This document shows positions 35,551-43,482 of a stretch of DNA of 51,765 bases, one piece after another. The number at the start of each line of letters is the position of its first letter. Position 1 is the first letter of the stretch. The notes beneath the pieces were generated by a model that saw nothing but the letters and a program-made list of their open reading frames with translations, ran no database searches and was not told the origin of the DNA. Source of the DNA: a virus (Duplodnaviria > Caudoviricetes); IMG/VR virus record IMGVR_UViG_3300010376_000043, positions 1 through 51,765 of that record. The stretch is one strand, 5' to 3'. The translations under genes were made by a program, and so were the position numbers.

Positions 35551-36893
35551 GACAACACTATCAGTGGGTCCACATAGAAGATGGTTGATTGTTTCGCGAT
35601 CTTTACGGTCACGTAGATGTAGCCTATCTGGCCGACAGTGACCGTCACCGCCATCGCAAACGTACCGCCAGCGGCCGAGCCGCCCCAGGTCGCGCCATCA
35701 CTGGTGTAGGCTGAGTTGCTCGACAGAATGGTGGCTTTGGTGTTGTTGGCAAAGCTCGATATCGGGGTGGTTGCACTGCCGAGATAAGTGACCTCAATCC
35801 AGATGTCGTCGTTGTTTGGGAATGCGCCGGCGGCAAGGTTCGAGGTTGCGTGGATGGTGACGGTGCGCGTCCCGGTCTGAGCATTCCAGGTCGCAATCGG
35901 CGGCATTTCGTAGAAATGCGCACCCCAGTCCACCCAGTTGCTAGTGGTGCTGATCTTGCGCGAGAATGAGATTGTGCCATCACTTGCCCCGCCGGTACGC
36001 ACGATAGTCGTTTCGGTGACCATCGTGGCATTAGTGCCGTGCTCAACCCGATAGAGGTTGCCGGCGCCGGAGGCATCACTGCGGATCAGATTGACCTCGT
36101 TTACCGCGCGCCCGGATTGCGTAAAATCAGCGCCTGTGAACGAGGATGGCAGCAGACAATCCTTGTAGGTAAATTTAGCCGGTCCGACGTTCACAAACAT
36201 CAGAGCCTTGCCACTCATGGCAGTGAAATCAACCCCATCGATCAGCGCTACAGCACCAGTGCCACCGGCCCCCAGGACGGCGGCGGGTAAATTCGCACCT
36301 AAGAACGAGCTGGAGGAATTCTTCCACATAAAATAGCCGGTTCCTGCGGTAATCGATTGGTTCGCACTGCCAAGTTGTACGGAGCAGCCATACCAAGTGG
36401 TAGAGCAGGAAGTACCAAGACCAGTCTGTATCCTGCTGGTGGTGCTGGTGTTATTGAGCACGAAGGTGCAAGATTGAAAAGTATTAGAACCGGTTGAGGT
36501 GTTGCTGCAATTGATGTTCGCCGTATTGGCTGCGCTGCCGGCGTTGAAAGTCAGGCCGTAGAAATATGAAGAGCCGCCAATGGTGATGTTGCTCGCCCCT
36601 GTGGTAGAGACTTGACCGGTAGTTTTCAAATCGCCCGGACCTGGCGAAGCGACAGTGTGGTCGGCGCAAAGAATACGACTGAAGTTGGAGGTACTGGTCG
36701 GGAATGATAGCGAGATCGCCGCTGCTGTTGTCTCGTTATGATCATCGCCGACGAAAACAGTATCGCCTATGGCCATCGCTGCCGAGCCACCGGCCCCCGC
36801 GATGGCGGTGGCGAGCTTGTCATAAGCGTTGGCCCAGCTCGTTCCATTATTGGTGGATAGGCCGCTCACGCTATCGACAAAGTAAGTCACCAT
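35547..36893 (-). CDS. Beta-helix-like surface protein
   Basis: YFVDSVSG...NGTSWANAY..L..A...GDTVFV N-terminus typical of parallel beta-helix proteins; C-terminal FYVDP. Confidence 0.7.
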   Translation of the reverse strand: MVTYFVDSVSGLSTNNGTSWANAYDKLATAIAGAGGSAAMAIGDTVFVGDDHNETTAAAISLSFPTSTSNFSRILCADHTVASPGPGDLKTTGQVSTTGASNITIGGSSYFYGLTFNAGSAANTANINCSNTSTGSNTFQSCTFVLNNTSTTSRIQTGLGTSCSTTWYGCSVQLGSANQSITAGTGYFMWKNSSSSFLGANLPAAVLGAGGTGAVALIDGVDFTAMSGKALMFVNVGPAKFTYKDCLLPSSFTGADFTQSGRAVNEVNLIRSDASGAGNLYRVEHGTNATMVTETTIVRTGGASDGTISFSRKISTTSNWVDWGAHFYEMPPIATWNAQTGTRTVTIHATSNLAAGAFPNNDDIWIEVTYLGSATTPISSFANNTKATILSSNSAYTSDGATWGGSAAGGTFAMAVTVTVGQIGYIYVTVKIAKQSTIFYVDPLIVLS

Positions 36894-36894
36894 C

Positions 36895-37371
36895 TCACTG
36901 CCCTTGCGCCGCCCTTATCTCCGCTGCCGTATTGGAGGCGGGGATGAGTTTGTTGTTGCGGAAGTTCGTCACCTGCGTTTGCGTCATGTTGAACAGGTTC
37001 ATCAGTTGCGTGTCGGTTAGAGTGTTCATGAAGTCGGCAATCATGATCGCTTGCTGCTGGCTTGCATTTTGATATTGGTTCCGTGCTGCTGTCGCAGTCT
37101 GTGCCAATGTACTGTAATTACTGGCAAGCACTGCGACCGATCCGACTAGTTCGATCTGCTCTACGTTAAGCCTGATCTCTCCTTGCTGTAGGTTTTGCAG
37201 CAGGGCAGTCGCATCGGCCGACAACATGGCATTCAGATCAGTCCCGCCAGGGACAAACTTGACGATCCACCAATCAGCGCCAAAGTTGTCAGTATGAACG
37301 CAATCGACGCTGATGCGCCCATCATGCTGCACAACCGCCGAGATTATTTTCGACGTTACAATGGTCGCCAT
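36895..37371 (-). CDS. Hypothetical protein
   Basis: In-operon ORF of 158 aa. Confidence 0.7.
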   Translation of the reverse strand: MATIVTSKIISAVVQHDGRISVDCVHTDNFGADWWIVKFVPGGTDLNAMLSADATALLQNLQQGEIRLNVEQIELVGSVAVLASNYSTLAQTATAARNQYQNASQQQAIMIADFMNTLTDTQLMNLFNMTQTQVTNFRNNKLIPASNTAAEIRAAQGQ

Positions 37372-37380
37372 GACGCCACA

Positions 37381-37911
37381 TCAGTAGGGCTCGTAGATAA
37401 TGTGGGCGTTGGCTGTGGTTGCTTGTGCACCGCCACCGGTGATGTTTGACAGAACGCTTTGGGCTCCAGGTGCGGTGACTCCAGAGAGCTGCCACTGTTG
37501 CGTCGGCGCAGCGTTCCAGCGGAAGATCCCACCGAAGGTGTTGAGGCCGAGGTTGAGCTTGGCGTCGGTCGTCGCACTCGACAGTGTTGGCATTGTCGTT
37601 GCGAAGTTGATAAAGGCTCCGAAGGTGGTAGCTAACGCGGTGATGGATGGCAACTCACCACCATCCGAGTTTGGGTTGGCCAGTGCAGTACCAGCGCCGG
37701 TCGCGAGGGTCGATGCCCTCACCATATAGAAGCCGCCAATCGCCGAGGCTGCTGCTGTGCCAGAGATACAGATTTCTAGCACATCGCAGATTGCTGCCGC
37801 CGCCAGGGTAGATGTGACGGTCAGTGACATGAAGGTTGAGGCAGCAGCGGCCGAGCCTAATGGATTGAGTGGCCCAATCACTCCTTGCGTAGCAAATATT
37901 CTCTTAGCCAT
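37381..37911 (-). CDS. Ala/Thr-rich beta-sandwich virion-associated protein
   Basis: AAGGAG RBS; LGLNTFGGIFRW, HIIYEPY; strongly biased codon use as expected for an abundant protein. Confidence 0.7.
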   Translation of the reverse strand: MAKRIFATQGVIGPLNPLGSAAAASTFMSLTVTSTLAAAAICDVLEICISGTAAASAIGGFYMVRASTLATGAGTALANPNSDGGELPSITALATTFGAFINFATTMPTLSSATTDAKLNLGLNTFGGIFRWNAAPTQQWQLSGVTAPGAQSVLSNITGGGAQATTANAHIIYEPY

Positions 37912-37923
37912 CGCTTCTCTCCT

Positions 37924-38292
37924 TTAGGGTTTGGGCACAAGGAGTGGCCGACTCATTGTCCCGTGCATTTCCCACTTGCCTGTGGAAAGTAGATCACGAA
38001 TCTCTTTCATATTGCGATGGACGTAGCCGGACTCGTGTCGAGCTTGGTCGCACACATCGCAGATGTATTGGTTGCATTGATAGCAGTGCGCACGTGGGCG
38101 CTTGCGCATCGGGTTGAGCATGACATGCGAGCCACAGTGCGGACAACCGAGCGTCGCGGCGTGCATTATCTGGCCCTCGCCAGTAAGCTCGGGCGGGAAG
38201 CCCATCCGGCGCGCCTGTTCTGGAGTGAAGCCAGGAGAAGCGCGGTGGTCGAGCATGATCTCGCCGTCGTGGGAGGTTTTGAGAAAGACCAT
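37924..38292 (-). CDS. Zinc-finger protein (DHRASPG...CxxC...CxxC..CxxC)
   Basis: CPHC, CYQC, CDVC motifs. Confidence 0.75.
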   Translation of the reverse strand: MVFLKTSHDGEIMLDHRASPGFTPEQARRMGFPPELTGEGQIMHAATLGCPHCGSHVMLNPMRKRPRAHCYQCNQYICDVCDQARHESGYVHRNMKEIRDLLSTGKWEMHGTMSRPLLVPKP

Positions 38293-38293
38293 T

Positions 38294-38638
38294 TTAGTTT
38301 CCTAACTGTGGTACCCAGACGTAAGATATTCCACCACCTACAGATGCGTTTGGCGAGGGGCTGAGGATTAGGCTGTCCCCAATCGCTGTCTCACACCAGC
38401 CTCCAGCGTTGAACGGGAGGATGTAGCCTCCGGTCGCTGTTATTGGCGATGGGCCAAATATGTCGACCAGGCCAGTCGAGGTGAACCATGTCAGACTGCA
38501 ATTCGTGCCCACGGTAAGACCACATGAGATTAGGACGATCTGCTGGTTTGGCTTGCCGATAACGATCGTAGATTGCGCACCGATGTTGACCACCGCGTAA
38601 TAGACGCCGAGCGGGTTTTCTGGTTGCCACAGTTTCAT
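38294..38638 (-). CDS. Small beta-sandwich protein, possible head decoration
   Basis: Similar layout to 39539-39952 (I..G...Q.I.L..., ET..G.SL.L). Confidence 0.6.
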   Translation of the reverse strand: MKLWQPENPLGVYYAVVNIGAQSTIVIGKPNQQIVLISCGLTVGTNCSLTWFTSTGLVDIFGPSPITATGGYILPFNAGGWCETAIGDSLILSPSPNASVGGGISYVWVPQLGN

Positions 38639-39009
38639 GACGCAAGCTTGCGCTTCATATCTTCCATAGCCATCGACGCGACGCGAAGCTGGCCTTCTTT
38701 AGCTGCGACGACCTCACTCAAGTCTCTCAACTGCTTCTCAAGCTCCTTGATCCGCTCAACAAGGGACTTTAGCTGCCCCTGCTTGTTGAACATATCCTGG
38801 TCAAAGAGGCGCTGCGCTTCCCTCTGCGCCTGGCTCAGGAGGGCCTGCGCCTCGTTCTTCTGTGCCAGCGCATTCTCCCGAGCTTGGTTCAAAGAGTCGA
38901 GATCGGCCTTCGCGCGCGACGCACGTTCCTCGATGTTAGAAACGTCGCCTACCTGCTGCGACAGCTGTTGCAGGTCGCTGATTATCCGGTTCAGCAGGTC
39001 TTGGGGCAT
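38635..39009 (-). CDS. Coiled-coil protein
   Basis: Heptad-rich Q/E/L/A sequence; AGGAG RBS before ATG 39009. Confidence 0.7.
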   Translation of the reverse strand: MPQDLLNRIISDLQQLSQQVGDVSNIEERASRAKADLDSLNQARENALAQKNEAQALLSQAQREAQRLFDQDMFNKQGQLKSLVERIKELEKQLRDLSEVVAAKEGQLRVASMAMEDMKRKLAS

Positions 39010-39529
39010 CGGGTTCTCCTGTGGATTGCTTGGCAAGGATCTTCATCAACTCTATCATCTGGGCCTGTTGCAGGCCAGTCTGCTTCATGAACACTTCAAG
39101 ACTTCGGGCGTTACTCTCAGCAAGTTGACCCATCTCTCGGGCTATCTTGTCTTGTTGCTGAGTGAAGTAGTCGGTAAGCGCGCCGGTGTACTGGCCATCA
39201 CCCCATTTGATATTGTCTGGGATGTTCCATCTCCCCTTAAACTTCGCGGAGATAGCCGTTGCTTCGTCGTCCAGCTCTTTCATCCCTGGAGTCGGCTCAC
39301 CTTTGAATACGATGTCGGTCCTATGCGCTGGATCGTGGCGGTCAGAGACGATTACCGCTTTTTCAGTCCTGTCGGTCCAATCCGCCTCGATCTCAGGGTG
39401 GAAGTACGCGGGGACGACGTATTGCTTGCGTACTTGACGGCCGGTAACGGTATCGACCTCAATGCGCTCCCAGACAGTTTCTGGGTCGGTGAAGAGGTAG
39501 TGTGGTTCGGTCAAACGCCATCGGGCCAT
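38936..39529 (-). CDS. Hypothetical phage protein ending RRRF
   Basis: GGAGG RBS; MARWRLTEPHYL, GEPTPGM..LDDEA.AIS. Confidence 0.8.
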   Translation of the reverse strand: MARWRLTEPHYLFTDPETVWERIEVDTVTGRQVRKQYVVPAYFHPEIEADWTDRTEKAVIVSDRHDPAHRTDIVFKGEPTPGMKELDDEATAISAKFKGRWNIPDNIKWGDGQYTGALTDYFTQQQDKIAREMGQLAESNARSLEVFMKQTGLQQAQMIELMKILAKQSTGEPDAPRPAEPDNQRPATAVAAGRRRF

Positions 39530-39538
39530 CGAAGCCTC

Positions 39539-39952
39539 CTAGAACTGTGAGTACCAGATAACGAACGAGATAGTAGCGACTGAGGGCGTAACGCAGAGTG
39601 CAAGGCTAGGGCCTATTTGCGCCGTGGCATATTCGATGTGGTCGGCAGAGGGTGCGGTACTAGTCACGTTGACCGCTGGGATCAAAGTGACAGTATTAGT
39701 ACCGCAGTTGGACCCAGTACCAGTCTGGATCGCGAAGGTACCGGTTGCGCCGGTATTGGTGACATGCCAACCGCACAGAAAGATCGATTGACCAGTGACG
39801 GCGGCGATAATCTGCGTTGTGACAACTGGACCTGCGGCTAAGGTTGCGATCTTATTGCAGATCGCGGTCTGCGCTGGGCCGATGATGGTGGGTTGTGCTG
39901 ACGCTGAAGCTGAGGTCAGCACAACAAAGAGGGCATAGAGGAGGCGCCTCAT
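39539..39952 (-). CDS. Small beta-sandwich protein with predicted Sec signal peptide
   Basis: MRRLLYALFVVLTSASASA|QP; ATGA overlap fixes the start at 39952. Confidence 0.7.
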   Translation of the reverse strand: MRRLLYALFVVLTSASASAQPTIIGPAQTAICNKIATLAAGPVVTTQIIAAVTGQSIFLCGWHVTNTGATGTFAIQTGTGSNCGTNTVTLIPAVNVTSTAPSADHIEYATAQIGPSLALCVTPSVATISFVIWYSQF

Positions 39953-40449
39953 TGCACCTGACTCCATGTTGTATTGCTCAGGGTGTAGAACAGCTTGACG
40001 CAAGTGCGCGCAGCCAGCGTGGTGAGCGTTGTGGTAGCGCCGGTTGCGAAGACCTGCGGAGCTGTAGCGGTGATCGTCACTGTTTGACCAGCCAAAGCGG
40101 CGTTGGTCGTATTGCAGAATGCGACGATAGAGCCATCAGTCGGTGTTGGGCTGAGTGGCATGTTGTAGGTCGTGGTAGCGTTCGGCTGTGCGGCAATAAT
40201 GACAGCGTTCTGTTGCACGGTGAGTTGGATTGTGCCTGTGGTCGTTGCTGCACCGAGGAGATAGCCCCACGAGCTGCGTGTCTGGAATGAGCAGACAAAA
40301 CCGACCGCCGGTCCACCAGGGCCTTGTCCGGCGTTCCAACACTCATTGCCGGAGAGTTGGTTTGGGATTACTGGCTGGGCCCAAAGCCAGCCCACAGCCA
40401 AGGCAGCAATCGCTGCCCCAGCTGTGAGTGCGCACGCCGCCTTACGCAT
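39949..40449 (-). CDS. Beta-rich protein with predicted Sec signal peptide
   Basis: MRKAACALTAGAAIAALAVGWLWA|QP; TAATG overlap with the cement gene. Confidence 0.7.
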   Translation of the reverse strand: MRKAACALTAGAAIAALAVGWLWAQPVIPNQLSGNECWNAGQGPGGPAVGFVCSFQTRSSWGYLLGAATTTGTIQLTVQQNAVIIAAQPNATTTYNMPLSPTPTDGSIVAFCNTTNAALAGQTVTITATAPQVFATGATTTLTTLAARTCVKLFYTLSNTTWSQVQ

Positions 40450-41069
40450 TAGTTTGCAACCGTGATGCCTGGAGCGTAGCCACCCCAGACAGCGTTGGCA
40501 GAAGCGTTGTAGACTTGGTCGGCGCGATCAAGCACGAGGGTCGCGACGAGCCAGTTGGAGGTACCGGTGAACGGTCCCGAGGCGACCGTATAGAGGAGTT
40601 GGAGGAACCTCGGGATCGGCGACCCAGCTGGCGGACGTGGCATGTCCATGTCCATCAACCGAGTTGAGGCTGCGGTGGCGCTGTTGATTGTGGTTCCTGA
40701 GACTGCTACTGAGGTGTACCAAGTAACAAAGGCACCAGGAAGGCCAACGCCGTTATCCGGTGCAGCTTGCAGAGAGACAGCGATGGTGGCTGCGCCAGGA
40801 GCCCAAGCACCACCGATGGCTTGGACGAGGATCTTCATCGCTGGATCGTCGCCGATGCCAAGATCGCGGAAGGGCTGGACGCTGGGCGAAGTTGCCGAAG
40901 GTGGCAGGCCACCGGCAAGGTTGGTCTGGCCAATAGCCAGATCGAGGATCTGGTTGCTGGTCGCGCCGGTTGAGGTAACGAGATCAGCGATCCGAAGAGT
41001 TGTGCCTGGAGGAACCGCGCCGATCCCACCAGCACCGCCAGTGAACATGAGTTGTCCATCGAGAATCAT
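40449..41069 (-). CDS. Capsid cement/decoration protein (Bbp16-like)
   Basis: MILDGQLMF, DLGIG, VSLQAA.DN, RFLQLLYTV; directly follows the major capsid gene. Confidence 0.8.
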   Translation of the reverse strand: MILDGQLMFTGGAGGIGAVPPGTTLRIADLVTSTGATSNQILDLAIGQTNLAGGLPPSATSPSVQPFRDLGIGDDPAMKILVQAIGGAWAPGAATIAVSLQAAPDNGVGLPGAFVTWYTSVAVSGTTINSATAASTRLMDMDMPRPPAGSPIPRFLQLLYTVASGPFTGTSNWLVATLVLDRADQVYNASANAVWGGYAPGITVAN

Positions 41070-41080
41070 GAGATTTCTCC

Positions 41081-42130
41081 TTAAGTGACCGTTGCTTCAT
41101 TCGAGAGGATAGCATCACAGGTACGGACTGGGATGCCCCGGAAGGTCGTGATAGGCTTGCCGTCGAATTCCTCGATACGAAGCAAGACGTTGGTCTTGTT
41201 CATCGCCTGGAGGTCGAGGTAGGTGCGGACCACACGGTTGGCGTAAATTACCGTGCGCCCCATGTTTGCGCGGACCTCTGGAGTGTCAGAGGTTTGGACG
41301 ACAGTTGCACTCACCGGGGCGGTTGGGAGCCTGTACAATCCTCGAATAAGGAGGTTGATAAGGTTTGCAGCGCTGACGCCTGTGAGCTGGGTGACGTCGA
41401 TATTCGCGATACGCGCAACATACCGCCAGTCTCGAAGAACAAGTCCAATTTCCCATTTGAAGTGGTCACGGTAAGCTTGGTAAGTGTTCTGTGACGTGTC
41501 AAGAACTGGCCATTCACCCATATCTCGATGCTGGAGTCCCGTGATCTTTCCTTTGGGGAAAGTGGCGTGGAGAGTGTCATCTCCCCAGACTGTGATCCAA
41601 AGGGAAGTATTAGTTGACGCGACTCCTCCTCCATCGAGTACGTTGTAGGCGGTGTTGGAGTTGGCGGTTGTCTTGGTGCTGTATCTTGGGGCAAGGCCGG
41701 TGAACCTTTCTGGGTTAGCGAACTGGTTCCCGTAGATCAGCGTTGCCGCGACCTGCTGGGACATACCTTCGAGGAACGCTTTCACTTCGCTGAGTCGAAA
41801 CTCAGCGGTGTTGCCATTCAGGTCGGCAATGTCCTTGTCGATCACGGAGTAGGTTTCGAGGTTGCCGCAGGTATCCACGAGCTGCGCCGTGGTCGACTTG
41901 GCGTTTGGCACGCCTAAGTTGAGCAAGCGCCAGGTTGCTTGTGGAAGGCCAGTGCGGACGGTGGTCTTGTGGCCGGTGGGCAAGTTGCCTTCAACGACTA
42001 ACATGTCCTCGAGGATCTCGTTGGTCTGCGAGAGGAGTTCGATGATCCTAGCGACGCGGTAGCCGTCATCCATGCGCTTGGCCCAATCGGCATACGTCAG
42101 CGCAGTTGCGCCTACAGTATTGACTGCCAT
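41081..42130 (-). CDS. Major capsid protein (BPP-1 Bbp17/epsilon15 gp7-like)
   Basis: IIELLSQTNEILED, GHKTTVRTGLP, FLEGMSQ, F.GLAPRY, DWRYVARIANID, FRGIPVRTCDAI. Confidence 0.93.
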   Translation of the reverse strand: MAVNTVGATALTYADWAKRMDDGYRVARIIELLSQTNEILEDMLVVEGNLPTGHKTTVRTGLPQATWRLLNLGVPNAKSTTAQLVDTCGNLETYSVIDKDIADLNGNTAEFRLSEVKAFLEGMSQQVAATLIYGNQFANPERFTGLAPRYSTKTTANSNTAYNVLDGGGVASTNTSLWITVWGDDTLHATFPKGKITGLQHRDMGEWPVLDTSQNTYQAYRDHFKWEIGLVLRDWRYVARIANIDVTQLTGVSAANLINLLIRGLYRLPTAPVSATVVQTSDTPEVRANMGRTVIYANRVVRTYLDLQAMNKTNVLLRIEEFDGKPITTFRGIPVRTCDAILSNEATVT

Positions 42131-42133
42131 TGG

Positions 42134-42880
42134 TTATCTCCGGTCGTTAATGGATGGAAGATTTGGGTAGATAGCTTGCGCTGCGCTAGGCGCTCCTTCA
42201 CCGGGACGGCGCATGCCGTCTGGGCTTGGACCGCTACCACGAACTGGGCCACCTTCAGTTAGCCTCTGAGCAATGCGGGTGAGGAGCTTAATGACCACAG
42301 GATGATTGCCTGCGCCAGTAAAGTCCATCACTTCGCGAAAGCTGTTAGTAAGCTTAGTATCACCAAGTGAGTCGAGTAGTTTCCCAATCGAAGCCCTGGT
42401 GCCTTGCAACTTCGAGCCGCCGATCTCGGGGTCGGAGTTGATTTCCTGCGCCCATCTATCTTGGGTGTCACGCCAAGCGTCAAATGGTGCGTCATGAGAT
42501 TCTTTGGTACGTCTGACATAGAAGTCTACTAGCTTCTGAGCCTGGGCCTGTGTGAGATTGCTCTCCTTGAAGAGAGCCGAGGCCTCTCCGACAACTTCTT
42601 TGTCAAGCGTAAAACCTTCAGGGACGGTAAAGTCCGCGTAGGTGGCTGGGGCACCCGTTTCCTTACTTTCCTCATTAAGTACGGATTTACGGGGCTCCCG
42701 AGCTTCCTTGCCATCACTCGGCGCCTTCGTCTCGGTCGATGGGGCTGTAGTCGCCGGAGTTGGCGGTGGTCGGACTATCGTCTCCGTAGCCGGGGTGGAC
42801 GTAGAGGGGGATGATATCTCCCCCGTTGGCGTCCTTGTCACTCCTGCTTCGTCTGGCGTCGTTGGTTGCGTCTCGGGCAT
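42134..42880 (-). CDS. Capsid scaffolding/assembly protein
   Basis: Pro/Thr-rich N-terminus, P..Y.DF.VPEG, LTQAQAQKLVD, GAGNHP.VIK, AAQAIYP; sits before the MCP. Confidence 0.8.
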   Translation of the reverse strand: MPETQPTTPDEAGVTRTPTGEISSPSTSTPATETIVRPPPTPATTAPSTETKAPSDGKEAREPRKSVLNEESKETGAPATYADFTVPEGFTLDKEVVGEASALFKESNLTQAQAQKLVDFYVRRTKESHDAPFDAWRDTQDRWAQEINSDPEIGGSKLQGTRASIGKLLDSLGDTKLTNSFREVMDFTGAGNHPVVIKLLTRIAQRLTEGGPVRGSGPSPDGMRRPGEGAPSAAQAIYPNLPSINDRR

Positions 42881-43169
42881 TTGCTTCCCTCATCATCTGG
42901 ATGTATTCGTCGGGACAGAGTGCGTGGATCTTGCGGAAGATGACTTGTCCGACGTCGAGCTGTCCGCATCTGAAGGCAGTGAGTGCAGGGTCAGTAGCGA
43001 ATGGTTGATCAAATACGTGGCAGTAAATGAGGAGATCGTAAATATAAGCCCTACCGTCAGCCACGCCCATAATGGAGTGGACGACGTTGTTGTGGGCTTC
43101 GTCGAGGGCCTTGGCGACACGGCGTAGTAGGGCGATATGACGTTCATTTGAGGCATCGTAATCGGTCAC
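42714..43169 (-). CDS. Bbp19-like hypothetical protein
   Basis: IMGVADGRAYIYDLL..CHVF...TAFRCGQ..VG; lies between portal and scaffold; GTG start overlaps the upstream TGA. Confidence 0.7.
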   Translation of the reverse strand: MTDYDASNERHIALLRRVAKALDEAHNNVVHSIMGVADGRAYIYDLLIYCHVFDQPFATDPALTAFRCGQLDVGQVIFRKIHALCPDEYIQMMREANARDATNDARRSRSDKDANGGDIIPLYVHPGYGDDSPTTANSGDYSPIDRDEGAE

Positions 43170-43288
43170 CAGAACCACCACCAGCGTCGCTCGGGCCATC
43201 CTTCGACCCAGGTTAGGCCACCTGGCTTGAGATTAAAGCCAGTGCCACGCCAGCGGTTATTGCCAAGGTATTTCATTCGATGTTTCAT
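43166..43288 (-). CDS. Trp/Arg-rich 40-aa peptide (not in ORF track)
   Basis: MKHRMKYLGNNRWRGTGFNLKPGGLTWVEGWPERRWWWFW; ATGA overlap upstream and GTGA overlap downstream. Confidence 0.55.
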   Translation of the reverse strand: MKHRMKYLGNNRWRGTGFNLKPGGLTWVEGWPERRWWWFW

Positions 43289-43482
43289 GATGCTTGTCCA
43301 CCAAGAGGAGATACCCCTGCACCGGGGGACATTGCAGGCGGCTGGACAGGAGCCTGTTGTGGTTGGGTCCCTTTAAGCGCAGAGAGTATCTCCTCAATCT
43401 TGTCAAGTGATTGGCCAGTTTGCTGATGCGCCGCTTTCGCGCGCGCGAGATGCTGTTTAAGCGCTGCGTGTTTATCCGCCAC
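43285..43482 (-). CDS. Hypothetical protein
   Basis: GGAGG RBS; follows the portal gene. Confidence 0.6.
   Translation of the reverse strand: MADKHAALKQHLARAKAAHQQTGQSLDKIEEILSALKGTQPQQAPVQPPAMSPGAGVSPLGGQAS

Noticed and set aside
38573-39550. 325-aa + strand ORF and other long antisense ORFs (e.g. 46800-47528, 48567-49250)
   Set aside because: They lie antisense to well-supported coupled genes and show no recognisable motifs.
29170-42130. Diversity-generating retroelement, considered because of BPP-1-like head genes
   Set aside because: No reverse transcriptase ORF and no template/variable repeat pair noticed.
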